Positions 22,041 to 34,544 of a stretch of DNA of 64,000 bases are shown one piece after another. Within the stretch, counting starts at the first letter, position 1. Every line of letters starts with the position of its first letter. A program made the translations under genes and the position numbers. The stretch covers positions 96,001-160,000 of the forward strand of contig JBCCHT010000019.1 in NCBI GenBank assembly GCA_039028615.1. Direction: 5' to 3'. The DNA is from Myxococcota bacterium (lineage in GTDB: Bacteria > Myxococcota_A > Polyangia > Nannocystales > Nannocystaceae). Under the pieces are notes generated by a model. That model saw nothing but the letters and a program-made list of their open reading frames with translations, searched no databases and was not told the DNA's origin.

Positions 22041-22727
22041 TCATGCGTCCGGCCAGGCCTGGCGGATCTCCGCACAGGCGGCACTGATGTCACGCCAGCG
22101 GCGCTTGTAGCCACGCGGGGCACTCATCACGTTGCCCGCGAACACGTCGACGACGAAGCATGCGTCTTCGCGAACCTTGCCCTGTTTTCCCAGCGCCAGC
22201 ATGGCGTGCATGCGCAGCAAGGTGGCGACGTATTGACCCGCCGCTTCGGTGTGCGGGTGGCTCTTGGGGAAGTGCAGTTTCAATGCACCGAGCAACGGTT
22301 TTCCGCGGGCGTCGATGCCCTCGAGCACCAGATCGGGATAGACGCTGACGTCCACGCCACAGACGTCGAGGCGGTCGTATTCCTCCATCTGCACCGGCTT
22401 CATGCCGCGGAAATCGAGGCGAGGTTCGAGATCGAGGAAGCGCAAGACCGCTTCGGCACACCCGTTGGCTCGATGCTTCGACCAACTCGACTCGTGCTTG
22501 CTGGAGACCAGGGTCTCCATGCGTTCGAGCATCCCGACGCGATCGGTTCGACCCAGCAAGAAGTCGATGATCGTGGCCCGGGCGGGCTCGTAGTAGGCAC
22601 CGATGAAGGTGCTCGGGTACTTTTGTCGCTCGATGATCGTCATGCGACGGAGCGGCGGAGACACGAGGTACTCACCGAGCTTGTTGGCAGAGATTCGGGG
22701 GTGCTGACGGACGATTTGTTCTTGCAT
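22041..22727 (-). CDS. Hypothetical protein, possible PD-(D/E)xK-like fold
   Basis: ISANKLGEY N-terminus; VSVYPDLVL..GALKLHF. Confidence 0.7.
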   Translation of the reverse strand: MQEQIVRQHPRISANKLGEYLVSPPLRRMTIIERQKYPSTFIGAYYEPARATIIDFLLGRTDRVGMLERMETLVSSKHESSWSKHRANGCAEAVLRFLDLEPRLDFRGMKPVQMEEYDRLDVCGVDVSVYPDLVLEGIDARGKPLLGALKLHFPKSHPHTEAAGQYVATLLRMHAMLALGKQGKVREDACFVVDVFAGNVMSAPRGYKRRWRDISAACAEIRQAWPDA

Positions 22728-22949
22728 GCGACCACGACGACGGCGGGGATGAGTGCTCCGGTTTTCTAACCGTTGGCCCGAAGCACCGTCACCGTCGATA
22801 TTGTCAGCATACGACTAAAAATCTGCTTTTCCAGGGCAGTTGGGTCGCCCTCCCGACACATAGTGTCAGTAGCCCCGACTCGAAATTCGGCGTTGTTCGG
22901 GGCCCTCGCACCTCCCCACCATGGCCCATTTTCAGGGTGCTGCCAGTGG

Positions 22950-23713
22950 CTATTTCGAGGTTTTTTCGCGGCCGGGTTCGACGTCGAGCAGCTCGGATAC
23001 GAACTCGCTTTTCGGGTCGGCGGACAGCTCCTCGGCGGTGCCTCGCTGCACGATGCGCCCGCCCTCGAGCACGAAGACCGAAGCCCCCAAGGCCCGGAGG
23101 TCTCGCACGTCGTGGGTCACCACCAAGGCCGGCTTGCCTCGCGCTCGCAGGTGCTCGACGAGGAAGGCTCGCGTCGCCCGACGGGAGGCCACGTCGAGGG
23201 CAGACAGCGGCTCGTCGAGCAGCAACAGCTCGGGCTCGACCACCAGGGCACGGGCCAGGGCGACGCGCTGCCGCTCGCCCCCCGACAGCGCGACCGGATG
23301 GGACGAGGCCAGGCGAGCGCAGTCGAGTTCCTCGAGCATCTGCATCGCTCGATCGCGTCTATGGGCTCGGGTACCGAGGCGGCGGGGTCCATGGGCGAGG
23401 CCGAAGGCCACGTTGTCCAGGGCGCTCAGGTGAGCGAAGAGCCCGTAGCCCTGCGGCACATAGCCCACGCGTCGGCGCTCGGGGGCCAGGTCGATGCCCG
23501 CCTGGGTGTCGTAGAGCACCCGCCCCGCGACCTCGATTCGCCCCGCGCCAGGGGTCGTCGCTCCGGCCAAGATCCGCAGCAGGGTCGTCTTGCCGGCGCC
23601 GTTGGGGCCCACGAGCACGGCCGTGCCCGCGTCGCCATCCAGCGAGACGTCGAGGCTGAGTGCACCGACCTGGGCCCGTAGCTCGGCCGTCCATGTCGCG
23701 TCGCGGCGCTCGG

Positions 23714-23717
<4 letters not shown>
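22950..23717 (-). CDS. modC: Molybdate ABC transporter ATP-binding protein
   Basis: [22 protein letters not shown]; overlaps modB. Confidence 0.9.
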
Positions 23718-24507
<790 letters not shown>

Positions 24508-24511
<4 letters not shown>

Positions 24512-25335
24512 GGGTCGACCACGAACCCGTGTTTGCGCAGGGCCGTCGCCGCGGCGGCCGAGCGCAGGAAACCGACGAAGCGCCGCCCTTGCTCGGAGTG
24601 GGCGGCCGCGCTCACCACCCCGACCTCGTAGCTGGCCACCACGTTGAGCTCGGGCGGCACGGACACGACTCGCACCCGGTCGGAGGCTCGAGCGTCGCTG
24701 CGGTAGACGATCGCCGCGTCGGCCTCACCGAGCTCGACCTTGGCTCGCACCAAGCGGACGTTGCTCTCCTCGGAGACCACTGACGCCCGCACCTTGGCCT
24801 CGAAGTCGGCGCCGTAGCGCTCGTTGGCGCGTCGCAGCAGGGTCGCGGTGTAGCGCCCCACGGGGACCTGCGCCGTGCCGACGACCAGACGCTGCGCTCG
24901 CGGAAGGTCGGCGAGTGACTCGATGCCCGCCGGGTTGTCCGGCGGCACGATCACCACCAGCTCGTTGCGGGCAAAGACCTGCCCGGCCTCGACCCTCCCC
25001 GCGTCGACCAGGGCCTGCACGTGCGTGGGGTCGGCCGAGAGGAAGACATCGGCGGGAGCCGACGCCTCGATCTGCAGCCGCAGCACCTGACTCCCGGCGA
25101 AGCTCAACGCCACGTCGACATCGGGATTCGCCGCCTCGAACTCGGGCTCGAGGGCTCCGAGCACATCGGTGAGCGACGAGGCGGCGAAGACCGTCAGCGG
25201 GACCGCGGGGGCCTCTTGGCGCTGACACCCGGATGCACTCCCGACGAGGCTCGCCAGCGCGCCGCGAAGCGCCCAGGCGTAGGCGAGCTCGTCTCGGGGG
25301 CCGCGGGCCATGCGAGATCCGGTTACACGAATCAC
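24508..25335 (-). CDS. modA: Molybdate ABC transporter substrate-binding lipoprotein
   Basis: [37 protein letters not shown]; start uncertain. Confidence 0.9.
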
Positions 25336-25381
25336 CCCGGGGCTGTCCAGCGAGGGCGCGGCCCCGCGGGTACCGAGGCCA

Positions 25382-25834
25382 TCAGTCCTCGGAGTAGTGG
25401 AACCGGATCACCGTGCCCTGGAGCTCGCTGCGGTACACGGGCAGCGCCTGCTTGGCCGGGCCTTCGACGACCGCGCCGCGATCGTCGAAGCGCGAGCCGT
25501 GGCAGGGACAACGCAGGACCTGCTCTTCGTTGTCCCAGCGCACCGTGCATCCGAGGTGGGTGCACTTGAGCGACAGCACGCGGACCTCGTCGTTCTCGAT
25601 GCGCTGCACCAGCACGGGACGACGAGCCCGACCGGGAGTGAGCGCGACGAGTCCGCCCGCGGTCACCAGCTCGGGGTAGTCCTTGACGTCGAGCTCGACC
25701 ACCCCGTCCTCCCCGATGGGCACCGACTTGGCTTCCCAGCGCTCCGCGGAGCCGGCACACCCGGTCAGCACGAGGCCGACCCCGCCACCTACGAACGCGC
25801 GCCGAGCGAGGGGATGAGACGAATCGTCGGACAT
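25382..25834 (-). CDS. Tat-exported Rieske [2Fe-2S] lipoprotein
   Basis: RRAF and LTGC signal; CTHLGC and CPCHGS motifs. Confidence 0.92.
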   Translation of the reverse strand: MSDDSSHPLARRAFVGGGVGLVLTGCAGSAERWEAKSVPIGEDGVVELDVKDYPELVTAGGLVALTPGRARRPVLVQRIENDEVRVLSLKCTHLGCTVRWDNEEQVLRCPCHGSRFDDRGAVVEGPAKQALPVYRSELQGTVIRFHYSED

Positions 25835-26007
25835 CGAGTGTGATCTGAGCAGAACCGCGGCCCGATCGCAAAACGGCGGCGCACGGGTCGCGGCTTCCCC
25901 CCGGTATCAGGCCCGTACCCCCCGGTTTGGGCGCCCGAGGCTCGACCGAGGGACGGCTGCCCGCTCGGGGGCTGGAATCCGGGCGCGGTGGGCTCTAGGC
26001 TCGCAGG

Positions 26008-26691
26008 ATGCTCGCGTGGACGCTGTCGGCCGCCTTGCTCGCGCTCGCCCCTCCGGGGTCGGCCCGGCGCGGCAACGACGTGCTCACACGGGATCACGGG
26101 GTGATCCTCGGGGTCGCGGCGGTGCCCCGCGCTTCGATCCTCATCGGCGACGGTCGCCGCGTGATCCAGCCGGCGGGGTTCGGCGCCGAGCTCCAGTTCC
26201 GCGTCTATGCCCTGCACCTGGGCCGACTGCGCTTCGGCGGTGAAGCCCACCTCGGGCACACCCGCGTCATCGAGCGCCGCCTGGTCACCCACGACGACGG
26301 CACCCGCGTCGAGGAGATCACCCGCTACGCCTCGCTCGACCACACCGACTTCTCGCTCGGCCCCTCCGTCCAGGCCGTGCTCGGCCCGGTCATCCTCGAG
26401 GGCGGCGCGGTGGTGGGCCTGGGCGTGTCGAACTTCGTGCGCCCCTTCGGTGCGTTCAACATCGACGAAGAGCAGCACTCGGACGTCACCGCCATGCTGC
26501 GCGGCGGCGGACAGATCGCGGTGCCCATTCGGCGCAACCAGGGCATCACCTTGGGCGTGCACGCGACCAAGTTCTTCTCGAGCCTGCAGATCGTGGCCGA
26601 GCCCGACGAGACGATGCCGGACGCCGAACCCGATGCGAACCCGTTCGACCTCGTGCTGGAGATCGGGCTCGGCTATCAGATGTGGTTTTGA
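26008..26691 (+). CDS. Hypothetical outer-membrane beta-barrel protein
   Basis: Signal peptide, amphipathic strands, C-terminal GYQMWF. Confidence 0.7.
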   Translation: MLAWTLSAALLALAPPGSARRGNDVLTRDHGVILGVAAVPRASILIGDGRRVIQPAGFGAELQFRVYALHLGRLRFGGEAHLGHTRVIERRLVTHDDGTRVEEITRYASLDHTDFSLGPSVQAVLGPVILEGGAVVGLGVSNFVRPFGAFNIDEEQHSDVTAMLRGGGQIAVPIRRNQGITLGVHATKFFSSLQIVAEPDETMPDAEPDANPFDLVLEIGLGYQMWF

Positions 26692-26710
26692 GCGGGGCCG
26701 AGGCGCTGGT

Positions 26711-27418
26711 CTAGGGGTGCGGCTGCTTCTTCCGCCACTCCCGCCAGTGCTTGTCGGTGCCCATCAGCCAGTCCCACAGCCCGAAGAACGAGCCCAGGCA
26801 CCCGCGCGCCGCGTACAAGTGGTGGTACGCATGCCGGCTGGCGATACGAGAGAACGCGTAGCCGCTATGGGCCTCGATCGTCTCGTACACGCGAATGATG
26901 ATCCACAGGCCGAAGGTCCACAGGTGGGTCCCCAGCACGATGGCGGGGACGATGAAGGACGCCACGTTGATCGACAGCTCGACGGGATGCGAGTAGGCAG
27001 CCGCATGCCCCCGCACGAAGCGGAAGTCGTGGTGCTTGCGATGGATGGCGCGGAACAGCCGCGGCGTGTGCAGCCAGCGATGCGTCCAATAAAAGAGCGT
27101 GTCCTGGGCGATGATGCACACCGCGATCTGCCAGGTCACTTCCCATAGCGAGGGACCCGGCGCGTCGGCGGTTCCCCCCATCCACGCCCAGGCGGGATAG
27201 AACACGAACGCAGTGACCGGCAGCAACACCGCGTGGCCGCGAATCGTCTCGAACACCGCCCGGCGAGACACCTCGGGCTTGGGCGCACGCCCCTCCATGA
27301 CCCGGTAGGTGGGCGCGATCTCGTGGCGATGAAGCCATGAGAACACCGCCCACGCACCGAAGAACACCACCTCGTGGAGACCCCACACGACCGCGGTGAA
27401 CAGCCATCGCTCGCTCAT
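26711..27418 (-). CDS. Sterol desaturase / fatty-acid hydroxylase family (ERG25-like)
   Basis: His boxes HRWLH, HRKHH, HAYHH; EAHSGY; WDWLMGTD. Confidence 0.9.
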   Translation of the reverse strand: MSERWLFTAVVWGLHEVVFFGAWAVFSWLHRHEIAPTYRVMEGRAPKPEVSRRAVFETIRGHAVLLPVTAFVFYPAWAWMGGTADAPGPSLWEVTWQIAVCIIAQDTLFYWTHRWLHTPRLFRAIHRKHHDFRFVRGHAAAYSHPVELSINVASFIVPAIVLGTHLWTFGLWIIIRVYETIEAHSGYAFSRIASRHAYHHLYAARGCLGSFFGLWDWLMGTDKHWREWRKKQPHP

Positions 27419-27618
27419 GACACGATGGTAGCCCGGCCACGAGACGCGTATGAGCCCAGTGGGCTGCTAGCCCATCCCACCGGGCTCAATGACGTTTCAT
27501 CGGTTGTTGCTGGCGGGGGGCGGCAGGACCGACCACTCGATCAGTCGGGCGTTCACCGGGACCCCGAAAACCCATCGACCGAACCCCAGCATACGGCGGG
27601 GTCCGGGCTGGCCTTACG

Positions 27619-27825
27619 CTAGACCTCGGGCGGCCCTTCGTTCGCGCCCGGGCCGAGCGAGGCCTCGTGCTTGGCCTCCTGACGTCGCCGCTCACGACGA
27701 CGACCACGACGACGACCGCGGCGACGGGTCCGACGGGCGCGACCGATACAACCGGTGGCTGCCACCAGTGATCCCAGCCCCAACAAACCGATCAAACTCC
27801 GGCGAGTCATGTCCGTGGATTTCAT
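27619..27825 (-). CDS. Small Arg-rich putative Tat lipoprotein
   Basis: TRRSLI, hydrophobic core, ATGC lipobox, then 15 Arg in ~20 residues; no overlapping gene. Confidence 0.55.
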   Translation of the reverse strand: MKSTDMTRRSLIGLLGLGSLVAATGCIGRARRTRRRGRRRGRRRERRRQEAKHEASLGPGANEGPPEV

Positions 27826-28167
27826 GCTCGCACGCTAGCAGCGTGAGACCGGTTGGCACGTCGCCGCCGCGCGGACCCGTGCGCGGCGACTCGTCACCCG
27901 GCGCGCAGTGACGAGCGCGTTTTCCCGTAGGTGGCAGCGGAACACCGAGTACCGCGCGACCACGCGTTTCGTAACCGGGCTCATGCGACAACCGAGCACA
28001 GTGTCGAGCCCCACGACAATGACGGCGATGCGGTACGACGATGACCGCCGCATTTCAGACCCCGCGTCACGCGCTGGTGATCAAAACATCTCGAGTGGAT
28101 GTACGTCTTGCCGTGGCGACGAGGGTAGCCACCGGCCCAGATCCAACTGTTAGACTGCGCCGCGACG

Positions 28168-29811
<1,644 letters not shown>

Positions 29812-29866
29812 GAGCAGCGCGCCCCCCTTGTTGCCGCACCTACATCTCGATACCGTTCGGGGTGAG

Positions 29867-30577
29867 ATGTCCTGGCTCGACAACACAAGCTCTCGGTTCG
29901 GTGTGTTCGCCCTTGGCGTAGTTTGCGCAGCCTCGCTGACGGCCTGCAGCAAGAACGGCAACACCCGCAAACAGTCCGAGCTGGCCAACTGGGTGGATAG
30001 CCCGACCTCCGCCACCAAGAACGGCGAGGTCATTACCTTCGGCCAGCTCGGGGTCAAGTTCGAGGTTCCCGAGACGCTGTACGTGTTCCGCAACTGCGGC
30101 GAGGCCTCGCACAGCCCCGACGGCCCGCAGAAGTGGATCCCCGTGATCAGCTGCTCGTCCACCGGCGACGACGTGTTCGAGGACGAGGACGCCGAGGAAG
30201 ACTACTTCGCCGACGACGAGGCCACCGCGGCCGGGGCCGAGCCCATCGACCTGACCATCTACGTCACCAAGAAGACCCGCACGCTCGACGAGCGCGCCGT
30301 CACCTGGTTCGAGGGTCAGTTCAAGGAGGCCGGCCTCAGCGTCGACGAGGTCAGCTACCAGCACGAGTACCACAAGAAGACTGGCATCTACGCCAAGCTG
30401 CACATCGTCGATCGCAACGGCGAGCCCGAGCGCGAGATCATTCAGTTCATGTTCCCGCGCCAGGACGTCGTGTTCATCGCCCGCATGGAGTACCCCTTCG
30501 GCGAGACCCGCTCCGTCGACGCCGACTGGAAGTACATCATGTGGAACTTCGACTTCGGCGGCGGCGAAGAAGCCTGA
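29867..30577 (+). CDS. Hypothetical lipoprotein
   Basis: LTAC lipobox; strong codon bias. Confidence 0.8.
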   Translation: MSWLDNTSSRFGVFALGVVCAASLTACSKNGNTRKQSELANWVDSPTSATKNGEVITFGQLGVKFEVPETLYVFRNCGEASHSPDGPQKWIPVISCSSTGDDVFEDEDAEEDYFADDEATAAGAEPIDLTIYVTKKTRTLDERAVTWFEGQFKEAGLSVDEVSYQHEYHKKTGIYAKLHIVDRNGEPEREIIQFMFPRQDVVFIARMEYPFGETRSVDADWKYIMWNFDFGGGEEA

Positions 30578-30595
30578 TCTCACCGCCCCCGCTTC

Positions 30596-30639
30596 GAGCC
30601 CTCGGATGCGCCACGCCGGCCTCCGGGGGCTCTTTCGTT
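30596..30639 (+). terminator. Probable intrinsic terminator
   Basis: GAGCCCTCGGA..TCCGGGGGCTC stem followed by TTTCGTT. Confidence 0.55.
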
Positions 30640-30703
30640 GGTTGACGACCGGAGCCGGGCCCGCGCTGGTCGCTGCCTCGGGTGGCCGGGTACCCTCGCC
30701 GCC

Positions 30704-31840
30704 ATGGAGTCCGCCCCGGTCTACCTCGACTACAACGCCACCACGCCCGTCGCTCCGGCGGTGCGCGACGCCATGCTGCCCTGGCTGGGCGCGCAGTGGG
30801 GCAACCCGTCGAGCGCTCATGCCTACGGGCGAGCGGCGGCCGAGGCCATCGCCACCGCGCGGGCTCAGGTCGCGTCGCTCATCGGGGCCCCGCCGCAGAC
30901 CCTGGTGTTCACGGGCGGCGGCACGGAAGCGGACAACCTCGCCCTGAGAGGACCGACCCCGGCCCGGCGCCGCATCGTGGTCTCGAGCGTGGAGCACCCG
31001 GCCATCGACTTGCCCGCCCGACGCATGGAAAAAGAAGGCTGGGAGCGAGCGGAGCTGCCCGTCGATGCGCAGGGTCGCGTCGACCTCGAGCGCGCGCGCG
31101 AGGTGCTGAGCCACCCCGCCGGGCTGCTCAGCGTGATCCTGGCGCAGAACGAAGTAGGCGTGGTGCAGCCCGTGGCCGAGCTCGCCGCGATGGCCCGCGC
31201 CGCGTCCTCGGATGTCTTGGTGCACACCGACGCCGCCCAGGCAGTGGGCAAGATTCCGGTCGACGTGCAGGCGCTGGGCGTCGACATGCTGACCATCGTC
31301 AGCCACAAGCTCTACGGACCCAACGGCATCGGAGCGCTGTTCGTGCGGCCCGATCTCCACCTCGCCTCGCTGACGCTGGGCGGCGGCCAGGAGCGCGGGT
31401 TTCGGCCCGGCACCGAGCCGGTCGCGCTCATCGTAGGCTTGGGGGCCGCGTGCGCCCTGGCCGAGCAGAGCCTCGAGCAGGAGGGCGCACGGCAGGCAGC
31501 GCTGGTGGAGCAGCTGTGGACGCAGCTTCGCGAAGGCATCCCCGGGCTGCAGTGGACCAGCCATGGGGTGACGCTGCTGCCCAATACCCTTCACGTGCGG
31601 GTGCCGGGGGTCGACGGAGCTTCGGTGCTGGCCGCTGCACCCGACGTCGCCGCCTCGACCGGCTCGGCCTGCCATACCGACGATGCTGCGCCTTCGGGGG
31701 TCCTGGGTGCGATGGGCCTGACCACCGCCGATGCCCGCGGAGCGCTGCGGCTGACGGTCGGGCGACGCACGCAGGCGGCCGATGTCGACCGTGCGGCGGC
31801 CGCCCTCGTCGCCGCCTACCGAACCGTCTCGGGCCGCTGA
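30704..31840 (+). CDS. NifS/IscS-family cysteine desulfurase
   Basis: YLDYNATTP, GNPSS.H, HTDAAQ, SHKLYGP, RPGTE, STGSACH. Confidence 0.92.
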   Translation: MESAPVYLDYNATTPVAPAVRDAMLPWLGAQWGNPSSAHAYGRAAAEAIATARAQVASLIGAPPQTLVFTGGGTEADNLALRGPTPARRRIVVSSVEHPAIDLPARRMEKEGWERAELPVDAQGRVDLERAREVLSHPAGLLSVILAQNEVGVVQPVAELAAMARAASSDVLVHTDAAQAVGKIPVDVQALGVDMLTIVSHKLYGPNGIGALFVRPDLHLASLTLGGGQERGFRPGTEPVALIVGLGAACALAEQSLEQEGARQAALVEQLWTQLREGIPGLQWTSHGVTLLPNTLHVRVPGVDGASVLAAAPDVAASTGSACHTDDAAPSGVLGAMGLTTADARGALRLTVGRRTQAADVDRAAAALVAAYRTVSGR

Positions 31841-31886
31841 TCTTCGAGCGCGGACAAGCACCAAAGCGTCGTGGCACCATGGCCGT

Positions 31887-33746
31887 ATGGCCAAGGACGG
31901 CGTCTCGGTGGAGCGACACTTCTCGGCCCCGCGGGATCTGGTCTGGGCCCTGCTGTCGGACACCAATCGCTACGACCGCGCGATGGGGCTGGGCGCGTCC
32001 CACTACACGTGGCGCACGATCGACGGTCGCTGGCTGCTGACCGGCGAGGCGACCCAGGGCCCAGTCGCGATGACCTGGACCGAGGAGCCCTACGAGTGGA
32101 TCGAAGGCCGCATGCTGAAGTCCCGGCGGTTGTTCTTGTCGGGGCCGGCCAAGGACGGAGGCGTTCGCGTCGAGGTCGAAGACGAAGGCGACGGCTGCCG
32201 GGCGCGGGTCACCGCGTACGGTGAGGCCAAGTCGCTCGTCCTCCGCCTGCTGGACCCTCTGGTCCGGGCGCACCTGCGACGCCAGATGGAGCGCTACCTC
32301 GACGCGATCGCGGAGATCCTCGAGACCGGAGCGAAATCTTTGGCCGCAGGCGACACGGAGCAGCCGGTCGCGCGCCGAGCCCAGGCGTTGTTGGGCGTCG
32401 CCGACAACGAGCTGGCGATGGGAGGCACGACCGCCCCCGACGCGGGTGAGCTTCGCCGCCGGGCGGAGCGCCTCGAGTCGACCCCCGCCGATCCCAAAGT
32501 GATCGAGGCGCTGGTGAACATGCTCTCCGACCGCCCCGATGAAGAGGTCTCGCAGATGCGCCCCTTCGAGCTCGCGCGCCAGTGGGGCTACGACCGGCGA
32601 CGCGTGCTGCAGGCGTTCTTGCACGGGACCCAAGCCGGGCTGGTCGACCTCAACTGGCAGATCAACTGCCCCGTCTGCCGGGTCTCGGCCCAGGTCGTGG
32701 ACTCACTGGGCGAGGTGGGGCGCGACGTGCACTGCGACGCGTGCAACATCAGCTACGGCGTGGACTTCGGGGCGAACGTGGAGGCGGTGTTCCGCTGCAA
32801 CCACGCCATTCGGGACGTGCAGCCGGCGGTGTTCTGTGCAGCGAGCCCGGTGTTTCGGCCCCACGTCATCACCCAGCTGCGCGTCGAGGCGGGTCAGACC
32901 CGCGAGCACGAGGTCGAGCTCGACGACGGCCGCTTGCTGCTGCGAACTCTCGGTCGCCACCAACGAGCCGAGCTCCAAGACCCGCAGGCCCCCGCCCGGC
33001 TCGACGTGCGCATCACCGACGACGCCGTGCGGATCACCGCCGAGGGCCGCTCGACCGATGGCACCACGCAGCTACGCGTGCACAATGAGCAATCCGAGAG
33101 CGCCTATCTGTCGCTCGAGCGCTCGGGCTGGGCGAGCGAGGCGGTGCTCGGCTCGGTGGTCGCGTCACAGCCCGACTTCGTGGACCTGTTCGCCACCGAG
33201 GCCCCCGCCGCGGGACTCGACCTGTCGATCGGCACCATCACCCTGCTGTTCAGCGACCTGACCGGTTCCACTGCGCTGTACGAAGAGCTCGGGGACGCGC
33301 GGGCCTTCGCCGTGGTCCAGGAGCACTTCCGCCTCATGACCACCATCGTCGCCCGCCACGAAGGCGCGGTGATCAAGACGATGGGCGACGCGGTCATGGC
33401 CAGCTTCTCCACGCCACAAAAGGCCGTGGCCGCGGCCATCGAAGCGATCCACGAGACGGAGGCCAGCCGCGGCGACCTCGACATCGGGGTCAAGCTCGGC
33501 ATCCACGAAGGGCCCTGCCTCGCGGTCCGAGCCAACGACCGCCTCGACTTCTTCGGCACCACCGTGAACCTGGCCGCGCGACTGCAGGGCCAAGCGGGGG
33601 GTGGCGAGCTGGTGCTGATGCGCGATCTCGCGGAGCAAAAAGAGGTGGCCGCGCTGCTGGGCGACGCGCCTCGCCGCGCGGCCGTCGCTCACCTCAAGGG
33701 AATCGCCGAGGACCGGGAGCTGGTCGCCATCGACCTGCACCCGTGA
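31887..33746 (+). CDS. Class III nucleotide cyclase with SRPBCC-like and DUF5939-like N-terminal domains
   Basis: FSDLTGSTALY, KTMGDAVMA, DFFGTTVNLAARL; central CPVC..CDAC. Confidence 0.88.
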   Translation: MAKDGVSVERHFSAPRDLVWALLSDTNRYDRAMGLGASHYTWRTIDGRWLLTGEATQGPVAMTWTEEPYEWIEGRMLKSRRLFLSGPAKDGGVRVEVEDEGDGCRARVTAYGEAKSLVLRLLDPLVRAHLRRQMERYLDAIAEILETGAKSLAAGDTEQPVARRAQALLGVADNELAMGGTTAPDAGELRRRAERLESTPADPKVIEALVNMLSDRPDEEVSQMRPFELARQWGYDRRRVLQAFLHGTQAGLVDLNWQINCPVCRVSAQVVDSLGEVGRDVHCDACNISYGVDFGANVEAVFRCNHAIRDVQPAVFCAASPVFRPHVITQLRVEAGQTREHEVELDDGRLLLRTLGRHQRAELQDPQAPARLDVRITDDAVRITAEGRSTDGTTQLRVHNEQSESAYLSLERSGWASEAVLGSVVASQPDFVDLFATEAPAAGLDLSIGTITLLFSDLTGSTALYEELGDARAFAVVQEHFRLMTTIVARHEGAVIKTMGDAVMASFSTPQKAVAAAIEAIHETEASRGDLDIGVKLGIHEGPCLAVRANDRLDFFGTTVNLAARLQGQAGGGELVLMRDLAEQKEVAALLGDAPRRAAVAHLKGIAEDRELVAIDLHP

Positions 33747-33922
33747 TTGACCGGGGTTCAGGCCGACGGTCCGCCTCCCCGTCGCGAGCGCGAGTACGAT
33801 TTCGAGGGGCTGGCGCGGGGATCGAACGCACGCCAGCGGCCCGTCTGCGCCATTCCCACAGGTTCGTGAGGCGGGGCCCTTGCGCGCCCTGGCCCCGCAG
33901 GTAGGATTCGTCGGCCCATCGC

Positions 33923-34372
33923 ATGGCTAAGGTCACCGACTACAAGCTCCACCGCGTGCTCGCCCGCTTTCCGTGGCGACGTCGTAAGCCGCGGGCGAGC
34001 AACAAGAGCCATCCGCCCATCGGCCTGACCTTCCGCGAGGGCCAGAAGCTGTGGGCCGATCCGACCGACCTCGCCAGCTTCGAGGATCCGGGGCCCGCCC
34101 TCGTCTGCGTGGCGATGCACTCGGACACCACGGGGCACTCGCTGCTGCGCTCGCTCGTCGAGCACCACGCGGAGCGGGTCGGCACCGACCTGCCCGGCGA
34201 GGTCCCCGACATCACGACCGCGGGCCTCAGCCTCATCGAAGGGCTCATCGAAGACGCGGGACTCGACCCCGAGCACGCGGTGGGGGCCCACTCGATCAGC
34301 GACCTGCTGATTGCGACATGGGCGATTGCAGCTGCTGCACCCGGCGGCGTGGCTGCGCCCGAAAGTCTTTGA
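33923..34372 (+). CDS. Hypothetical protein
   Basis: ATG-initiated ORF with high-GC3 codon use filling the gap. Confidence 0.6.
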   Translation: MAKVTDYKLHRVLARFPWRRRKPRASNKSHPPIGLTFREGQKLWADPTDLASFEDPGPALVCVAMHSDTTGHSLLRSLVEHHAERVGTDLPGEVPDITTAGLSLIEGLIEDAGLDPEHAVGAHSISDLLIATWAIAAAAPGGVAAPESL

Positions 34373-34510
34373 AATCAGCCAGCTGTGTGCGTTCACGCGG
34401 CCACTGCAGAATCCCGCCGGCTACGAAAGTAGCCTCGGAGAACCCCTTCTCTCGCGCGAAGTCGAACGGGCCCAGCGCCGGATATAGGCGAGCCCACGTG
34501 CGAGCGTGAC

Positions 34511-34527
34511 CTGGCACGCAAGTTGTA
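34511..34527 (+). promoter_or_regulatory. Possible sigma-54 -24/-12 element
   Basis: CTGGCACGCAAGTTGTA vs consensus TGGCACG-N4-TTGC; -12 reads GT rather than GC, and the leader would be very short. Confidence 0.35.
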
Positions 34528-34544
34528 GAGAAGGCGGCCCGTCC

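Noticed and set aside
33805..33840. GTTCGATCC T-loop-like word on the minus strand
   Set aside because: Lies in a simple hairpin; no cloverleaf can be built around it
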